A stretch of 63,786 bases of DNA, the filler included, from Nemertoderma westbladi (Eukaryota; Animalia; Xenacoelomorpha): the NCBI GenBank assembly GCA_032718475.1. It is 3 parts of 3 records of this genome, joined end to end, with 100 filler letters (N's around TTAATTAATTAA, not from the genome) between each part and the next. Parts side by side here need not be neighbours in the genome. Positions count along the whole stretch, not along the records: positions 43,239 to 63,786 come from JAUCBJ010004409.1; 2 more parts are not named here. One strand, given 5' to 3'. Below the pieces are notes generated by a model. The model was not told where the DNA came from. It saw only the letters and a list, made by a program, of their open reading frames with translations, and made no database searches. The position numbers and the translations under genes are program-made. Shown here one piece after another: positions 56,496-63,786 of the stretch (the stretch's first letter is position 1; every line of letters begins with the position of its first letter).

Positions 56496-59141
56496 CGAGT
56501 TAACGGTCGTACAGTCGTATCAGGTTGTCACTTTGGTAGTTTATTCGGGTAGACACTCGTGTATTCAGGTAAACACTCGAGCAGTCAGGTAGGAAGAGTA
56601 AACGATAACATAATTCAGTGCAGTAGGTAGTTCAAGATTTGTAAACTATAGGCCTACAGTATACCGGTATCAGAATTCTAGGCCTTCAATAATGAAGGCC
56701 TGTAGGCTGGCTGCCAGGCCTGTTTCTCTAGTAGGCCTTGCTTTAAAGATAGAAAAGTACTAGGCCTAGGGTTTGACTAAATACGCCACCGACAACCACC
56801 GACACCTTTCGCATACCACCGACAACCACCGACAACAAAAGACACAAACCGACACAAACCGACAGGTAAGATCGCAAACCGACAGTATACCGACAACTTC
56901 GGCAATGTTAGTAAACTATTTCAGTACATGATTATACAATTTTTATTTCCAGTCCAAATATTTATAACAAAGTATATTGTCCACTGTCGGCCTGTTGTCG
57001 GTGGTGTAATTAGTCATGATAATTTCTTTAAAATATAATACCGCCTTCATATATTATCTTGTTTTAAATTATTATATTGCATAGCGTAATATGGTAAAAA
57101 TCGTTAGTGTTTTTCATATGTCGGTGTGTTGCTATTATTATTAGTTTTTGTCGGTGGTAGTCAGACTGTTGTCGGTGGTAGTCAGACTTTTGTCAGTGGT
57201 ATATTTCTGCGGTATCCGTTCTTAAACTTGGACATACAGTACAGTGCGATAGGCCCCTACAATGCCGAAATTTATTACTTTACATACAGCTGCACATTGT
57301 GTGACGTAATTGGTATTTACCTAAATGACGTAAAGTAAAGTGAAGGAAGGAAACAAGAAGCAACGGAAACTCCTTTCTCTCTTGGATGTTACCGGAAAAG
57401 AATGGTTGCCCACCACAATCTCCCAAGGATGACCACTTCATAACTATTCAACCTTTTCTGTATCCCCATAAGCCAGGCGGCATATTGTACTGTTGGATTT
57501 GTTAACATAAGACTTTGCCTTAACTGGCTTTAAAATTTGACTAAATACTACACCGACTTTAACCACCGACACCTTTCGCATACCACCGACAACAAAAGAC
57601 ACAAACCGACAGGTAAGATCGCAAACCGACAGTATACCGACAACTTCGGCAATGTTAGTAAACTATTTCAGTACATGATTATACAATTTTTATTTCCAGT
57701 CCAAATATTTATAACAAAGTATATTGTCCACTGTCGGCCTGTTGTCGGTGGTGTAATTAGTCATGATAATTTCTTTAAAATATAATACCGCCTTCATATA
57801 TTATCTTGTTTTAAATTATTATATTGCATAGCGCTACATATATTGCACTACCAATACACAAAGCAATAATATTTGGAAGAAGAAAAGGTCTCCTGTTTAT
57901 ATGTTCAAAAGAGCAACGAAAGACCAGTTGTGTGAGTACAAAAACTGTGTTACAACTAAATTAAGGGATATAAACCATAAATATAAAGAATCTGAATATG
58001 AGGAAGCTAATGCATCAAATTCAATGTCAAAAACACTAATTGGTGTTCTAAATGATGCTGCAAAGGATAACATACCCGTAGTGTACCCACGTAGGCATAA
58101 ATTTAAACCTGCATATGTTCCTAAACAAGCTGCTGCAAATTGGGGGCAACTAGATAAGCTGAAATCTTTGCACAAAACAGGTCAGAAAGTGACAATTGCA
58201 GATTTAGAATATAGAAGGCTAAAGAGTCGCTTAGAACAAAATGCATACTGGGAGCATATCCGTAACTTAACAGATTCTTGCAAATCAAATCGCACTAAGT
58301 TTTGGAATCTGCTTAAGGCAGAAGGAAACACAAGCATGTCAGATGTCAATGCGAATAATCTGGTAAACCATTATAATAAATGTTTCAATCCAAAGGAAAT
58401 TGGGGAACAAACTTGGCATCCCAATGAGAAGACAACAGCAGATGCCTTGGGACCAAGGCCTACTGTACTAAAGGCCGTGCAACCGTGCAGCAGTGAAGAT
58501 CCACTGGAGGCTGAACACGTTTACTCCAATTTTAACATACATTGTGCCTGTACAGACCAGAACCATCAATAATTGTGAAAAATCGACTAGGGGTATGGTT
58601 ATACTACAGTTTAGATTATCATTTATAGTTAGATTATAGTTAAAATCCAATTTAATCCGAACACAAACAACAAATCTACCACCAAGTTGGACAGAAACTA
58701 GAATTTGGTGTTTGGTGAAAATTCAATTTATCCAGAAAAGGAAGGAAGGTGCCTTGCGATGTCATTATCGTACTGTAGATTCGTTGATCTTTTTAGATAA
58801 AGAAAATCAAAAGATCCTTTACCTAAAGATCAACTGATTTACATTGCGATTAGTCTCAATTTATTGCAAATAGTACGTTCTGTACAGTTATCTAAGAGAA
58901 AGGAATGAAAAGGTGACACGAAGTATGTTATCTTCATATATCTTCAATAATTTGGTTATTTTCAAGTACAACTTTACATGTCGAATATAGCACAAATCCA
59001 CAAATATAAGTATTACATTATATAGCGGTAGCACAAATTAAATAGCAATAGTAGTACATTGTATAGTTATTATTTATAACTACTGTATATAAAGTTAAGT
59101 TATTTGTAATTATAATCAATTATATATAATAGTAAACGTTT

Positions 59142-60056
59142 CTAATAGGAATCCGATAATTTTATTTTCTTTTGAGCACTCTCTTTCGAAGAACGGGGTG
59201 TTTTTAATATGCAATCGTTTTTAATAAAAATGTTGACTAGTTTTCGTACCGATTCATGCGAAATTTGAAATGAGTGAGCCGATGAGATATAAGTAAAGAA
59301 CGAACACAGGGATTTACGGCAAAATGGCGTTTTTAAATTAATATAAAGTATAAAACAGTAGAAGGTAAATTTGCATGTATTGTCACTAGGTTTCTTCAAA
59401 CCTCCACGGTCTAGCCTATTTAAATAACCGCCATATTGTCGGTAATATTGTTTCTCGTCGTCATTATCATTCTCATTTTTTGTTATATAACCTGCAATAT
59501 ACACAAGAGCTTGTTTATTATCGCAGGAAATTGAGTCTTCAAGTTCATCTAGACTGTCTAGAATTTCGAATTCAGCATCATTGAGTGAAGCTGTACAGTT
59601 CTCACATTCGTGGCTGTGATATAGAGTGCCGTCGACCTCATTACCCAGTTCCAGTACAAGCCTTGCAACCAGAATGCGAGACTTTAGTAATGCTTGCTGG
59701 CTGTTAATGAAATACGTACCACCAGAACCTTGACGTAAGATACCAAAGGTGCTTTCAACATCATCGCTGTTATGGTCACCTATCATAACAAATTCACACG
59801 TTTCTAAGCGCTTTCGAACTAAGTCCACAAGTCCGCGACATGTATGTGACAAAGCGTTGCCAGTATCTTTAGTGAGCGTTCGACATCGTTCTTGGGGTTT
59901 ACCTTTGTGGGTCATTGATTCCGCCATATCAGCGATGTCTAACAATGTCTGTAAACGTGGATCAGAGTTTGATCTTATAACAGCACGATCCTCATCTCTT
60001 GTACGAATATTGGCATCAACAGATCGCACATTAACAATGTTCCAAAATCTCACCAT
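59142..60056 (-). CDS. C-terminal part of a P-element/THAP9-like transposase
   Basis: FWNIVNV, SDDVESTFGILRQGSGG (region of the catalytic Glu), YIAGY and LDRGGL..PS motifs. Confidence 0.8.
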   Translation of the reverse strand: MVRFWNIVNVRSVDANIRTRDEDRAVIRSNSDPRLQTLLDIADMAESMTHKGKPQERCRTLTKDTGNALSHTCRGLVDLVRKRLETCEFVMIGDHNSDDVESTFGILRQGSGGTYFINSQQALLKSRILVARLVLELGNEVDGTLYHSHECENCTASLNDAEFEILDSLDELEDSISCDNKQALVYIAGYITKNENDNDDEKQYYRQYGGYLNRLDRGGLKKPSDNTCKFTFYCFILYINLKTPFCRKSLCSFFTYISSAHSFQISHESVRKLVNIFIKNDCILKTPRSSKESAQKKIKLSDSY

Positions 60057-60090
60057 AATTTTAAGAAACTCGGCAGTATCTTGAACTTCA

Positions 60091-60333
60091 CTACTTGAAC
60101 TTCCCTTTCACCACAACAGTCGGGAAATCAGATGGCCAATGCTTTGCACAAACAACCGTGTTCTTAGTTTCTGGGATATTCTCTCTCGGAATAGCTGCAA
60201 TCCATCGGCGCCGTTCTCCCTCGTCTGTTGGTAACCGGTAAACCGGGACGTGTTCTTTAGTAGGCCTACCGGTACCGGATGAACTTCCATCGTAATTCGA
60301 CCGGCAACCGAACACACAGCACTTTAATGGCAT
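60091..60333 (-). CDS. 80-aa THAP zinc-finger-only ORF (truncated transposase N-terminus)
   Basis: MPLKCCVFGCRSNY...P...W...VCAKHW, C2CH THAP signature. Confidence 0.8.
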   Translation of the reverse strand: MPLKCCVFGCRSNYDGSSSGTGRPTKEHVPVYRLPTDEGERRRWIAAIPRENIPETKNTVVCAKHWPSDFPTVVVKGKFK

Positions 60334-63300
60334 TCTAGTTCTACACTGTTGACTGTAGGCCTATGCTATATCTGTATATCGGTCAGTCGGTGGGCCTACT
60401 GAAATTCCAGAATTCGGGAATAACCGGTTTCAGCCCCAATTTTTCGAATTTTTTTTAGCCCAGGTTACAGTTACAGTGTGGCGGCCCAAACCCTAATTAA
60501 TCCGAATCGCACTACGGTAGGGTAGGTCAGTAGGTAAAATGACCATTGGGGCTGAAACCGGTTAGAGCTCAGAATTCAATTCAAATACCAGTAGCCAGCC
60601 CTATCAGCCTATTGCAGTATTGTGTATTGCTGTATTGTAGGTCAGCCTCCAGTCAGCCTTCAGTGCTGCACGGTTGCACGGCCTTTAGTACAGTAGGCCT
60701 TGCTTGGGACATATTAAAGCATTTTCCTCAGCCGATGTAGACACTGCTATCCGCAAACTGAACATGGGTAAAGCAGCAGATAGTCACAACCTAGTTTCTG
60801 AACATCTAAGGGCTAGCCTCTCAGAAGAGCTATGTTCTTATCTTGCCTCTCTATACAATACCATTCACAGATTAAAGTCATTCCCAGATGTTCTAACAAC
60901 TAGCCTTCTTCTACCTCAACTAAAAAGTGGAAATCGAGACATTTATAAAAATGGGAGCTACAGAGGTATCTCCGTTATATCCGTGCTGGCGAAAATCTGG
61001 GAAATAATGGTAGCAGATGACATAAAACGAATTGACACAAGTCCACTACAAATGGGATATAAATCTGGTCATGGAACAGATATACCATACATGTTAGCTA
61101 ACAAATTACTCAAGCACTTTAACAGGGAAGGTTCGAACGTTTATATAGTATCTCTTGATCTAACAAGTGCATTTGACACAGTAAACTACAAAAAACTGTT
61201 TGAAAAGTTGGAAAATACAAATATTGATAAATCAATTCTGATAACGTTATATTCCTATTATATAAACTCGTGCGCGCTGATCTCAATTAATGGGAACATT
61301 ACTAGGGAGTCAATCCACTTGAAATGTGGCGTCAGACAAGGTGGGGTATTGTCTCCCATCTTATTTAATATATATTTATCCGACTTATTTAACGAGCTTG
61401 AAATGTCTGGTATGGGATTACACATTAACAAAGAAGCTTATCCAGCTATAAGTTATGCTGACGATATACTTCTTATGGCGAACCTAAAGAGTGACATCCA
61501 TGAGATAATGGCGATCTGCAAAACATATTTTTCAGCCCACAACCTAGTTCTAAACTCTAAGAAGTCGTGGTATGTAATAAGTAAAACAAAATCATGTTAT
61601 AACGAATATAATGGAAATCTAGTCTTAAGTGATGGCATAGTTATCCCAACAGCTGAATCTTGTAATTTCTTAGGTCTTCCATTACCAGCAACGAACCGAA
61701 ATATCAGAGACCACTTTGTTAAGAAAATATGGAGTAATGTATCTACAATGAAAAATCGTGGGTTGACAGTTGATTCCGTACCACTAGATATAACAACAAT
61801 GATATGGAAAGCGATTCTTATCCCATCAGCTTTGTATGGAGCTGCCGCTATTCCATTGGCAATGTTAGAAGAACTCGATAAATATTGGAGGAAAGCAATG
61901 CGCTGTGTTTTACACGTAGGGAATTATGTATCTGATAATACATTATTATTACTATTTGGTTCTCAAGGACTAGGCAACTTAGTACACCATGCATACTGCC
62001 GTACAATTTATGCAGCTTTCAACTGTAATAACAGAAAAGTAACTTATCTGTTTAGTCATGTGCTAACTCGGCACATGACTAGCCAAATTAAAGATAATAT
62101 GTATGATGATTATGCAGTGGGATCTTTTAAATATACTACACCTAGTTTACCATATCTCTGTTGCCACCGATATGATATTAAAGCAGTTCTAAAAAGTCAA
62201 CAGTATCCAGAATTTACCTACCGTGATCAGTTCAACAAGATCCTCATAAACTCCATCCTAAATGATGTTGAAACAAGTATATCATTGAAAAGGCAGTGTA
62301 TCCTTGATTATTACGATAAAAACTGGGTTTAACTTTAAGGAGGGGGGGGGGGGGGGGGGGGGGTGCTTTACGTCTCGGAGAGACCTCCAGGTTTTGAAGG
62401 ATTAATATTAAGGACGACACAATATTTTTAATTTGTATTGAATATGCTGTAATTGTGTTTCTCTTTCTTTGAGATGGTTCTTGTAATAAAATTTTTTCTT
62501 ATATATTTGTGTGTATGACCATTTTATATATACTTTTTATTATTTGAGACCTCTATATATTGAATATATAATATAGCCACCGGGGCGCAAGCCGGGAATG
62601 AAATGAAATAGCGTAATGGTAAAAATCGTTAGTGTTTTTCATATGTCGGTGTGTTGCTATTATTATTAGTTTTTGTCGGTGGTAGTCAGACTGTTGTCGG
62701 TGGTAGTCAGACTTTTGTCAGTGGTATATTTCTGCGGTATCCGTTCTTAAACTTGGACATACAGTACAGTGCGATAGGCCCCTACAATGCCGAAATTTAT
62801 TACTTTACATACAGCTGCACATTGTGTGACGTAATTGGTATTTACCTAAATGACGTAAAGTAAAGTGAAGGAAGGAAACAAGAAGCAACGGAAACTCCTT
62901 TCTCTCTTGGATGTTACCGGAAAAGAATGGTTGCCCACCACAATCTCCCAAGGATGACCACTTCATAACTATTCAACCTTTTCTGTATCCCCATAAGCCA
63001 TCAGGCGGCATATTGTACTGTTGGATTTGTTAACATAAGACTTTGCCTTAACTGGCTTTAAAATTTGACTAAATACTACACCGACAACCACCGACACCTT
63101 TCGCATACCACCGACAACAAAAGACACAAACCGACAGGTAAGATCGCAAACCGACAGTATACCGACAGCTTCGGCAATGTTAGTAAACTATTTCAGTACA
63201 TGATTATACAATTTTTATTTCCAGTCCAAATATTTATAACAAAGTATATTGTCCACTGTCGGCCTGTTGTCGGTGGTGTAATTAGTCATGATAATTTCTT

Positions 63301-63786
63301 TAAAATATAATACCGCCTTCATATATTATCTGTTTTAAATTATTATATTGCATAGCGTAATTTTGGTAAAAATCGTTAGTGTTTTTCATATGTCGGTGTG
63401 TTGCTAGTATTATTAGTTTTTGTCGGTGGTAGTCAGACTATTGTCGGTGGTATATTTCTGCGATATCCGTTCCTATACTCTAACATACAGTACAGTGCAA
63501 TACACTGCCGAAATTTATTACTTTACATACAGCTGCACATTGTGTGACGTAATTGGTATTTACCTAAATGACGTAAAGTAAGTGAAGGAAGGAAACAAGA
63601 AGCAACGGAAGCTCCTTTTTTCTCTCTTGGATGTTACCGGAAAAGAATGGTTGCGCAACACAATCTCCCAAGGATGACCTCTTCATAACTATTCAACCTT
63701 TTCTGTATCCCCATAAGCCAGGCGACATATTGTATTTTTGGATTTGTTAACCTAAGACTTTGCCTTAACTGGCTTTAAAATTTATT

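Larger units (their letters stand above)
55244..56740 (-). mobile_element. Internally deleted P-element-superfamily (THAP9-like) transposon
   Basis: 27-bp perfect TIR CAAGGCCTACTAGAGAAACAGGCCTGG and 8-bp TSD CTTTAAAG (55236-55243, 56741-56748). Confidence 0.9.
58454..60702 (-). mobile_element. Internally deleted P-element-superfamily (THAP9-like) transposon nested in the LINE
   Basis: TIR CAAGGCCTACTGTACTAAAGGCCGTGCAACCGTGCAGCA and 8-bp TSD CTTGGGAC (58446-58453, 60703-60710). Confidence 0.95.
57901..62332 (+). pseudogene. LINE ORF2 (reverse transcriptase) interrupted by a P element: 57901-58453 + 60711-62332
   Basis: Removing the P element and one TSD restores ...TTADALG-HIKAFSS... in frame. 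RT motifs SYRGISV, LDLTSAFD, GVRQGGVLSPILF, YADD. Confidence 0.9.
57834..62607 (+). mobile_element. 5'-truncated non-LTR retrotransposon (CR1/L2/RTEX-like; clade uncertain)
   Basis: TSD ATAGCG (57828-57833 and 62608-62613); 3' GC-rich hairpin and short (GAAAT)n tail; RT ORF. Confidence 0.88.
56770..63786. repeat. ~750-765-bp tandem repeat (MITE-like segment plus spacer), three or more units, second unit split by a LINE
   Basis: Unit starts TTTGACTAAATAC at ~56772, 57536 and 63064. Near-identical ORFs at 57126/62651 and 57537/63065. Inverted CCGACA/TGTCGG subrepeats. Confidence 0.92.

Overview
Repeat-rich, AT-rich genomic DNA from an invertebrate animal (inferred from the gene and transposon content). 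It is three contigs joined by artificial 100-nt spacers (N44-TTAATTAATTAA-N44 at 23335-23434 and 43139-43238), so adjacency across the spacers is not guaranteed. Host genes: an intronless SLC5 Na+/solute symporter (+), a canonical poly(A) polymerase with one coding intron (+), and two spliced minus-strand genes for putative secreted proteins that I reconstructed by hand from splice sites (one orphan with satellite-filled introns, one very acidic with an EGEGK tail). Most of the rest is mobile DNA: the 5' half of a BEL/Pao LTR retrotransposon, five Mutator-like MITEs (four with exact 9-bp TSDs), two internally deleted P-element/THAP transposons with 8-bp TSDs, a LINE nested in a ~755-bp tandem repeat, RTE fragments, tRNA-derived SINE heads, an inverted Penelope-like repeat with minimal hammerhead cores, and 68-, 71- and 22-bp satellites. 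The most unusual signals are (1) five box C/D-type kink-turn hairpins, four UUCG-capped, in the BEL/Pao leader, upstream of small ORFs stop-start coupled to gag, and (2) a fixed-spacing bipartite motif shared inside unrelated Mutator MITE families. All calls come from reading the sequence by eye; no database searches or folding programs were run.
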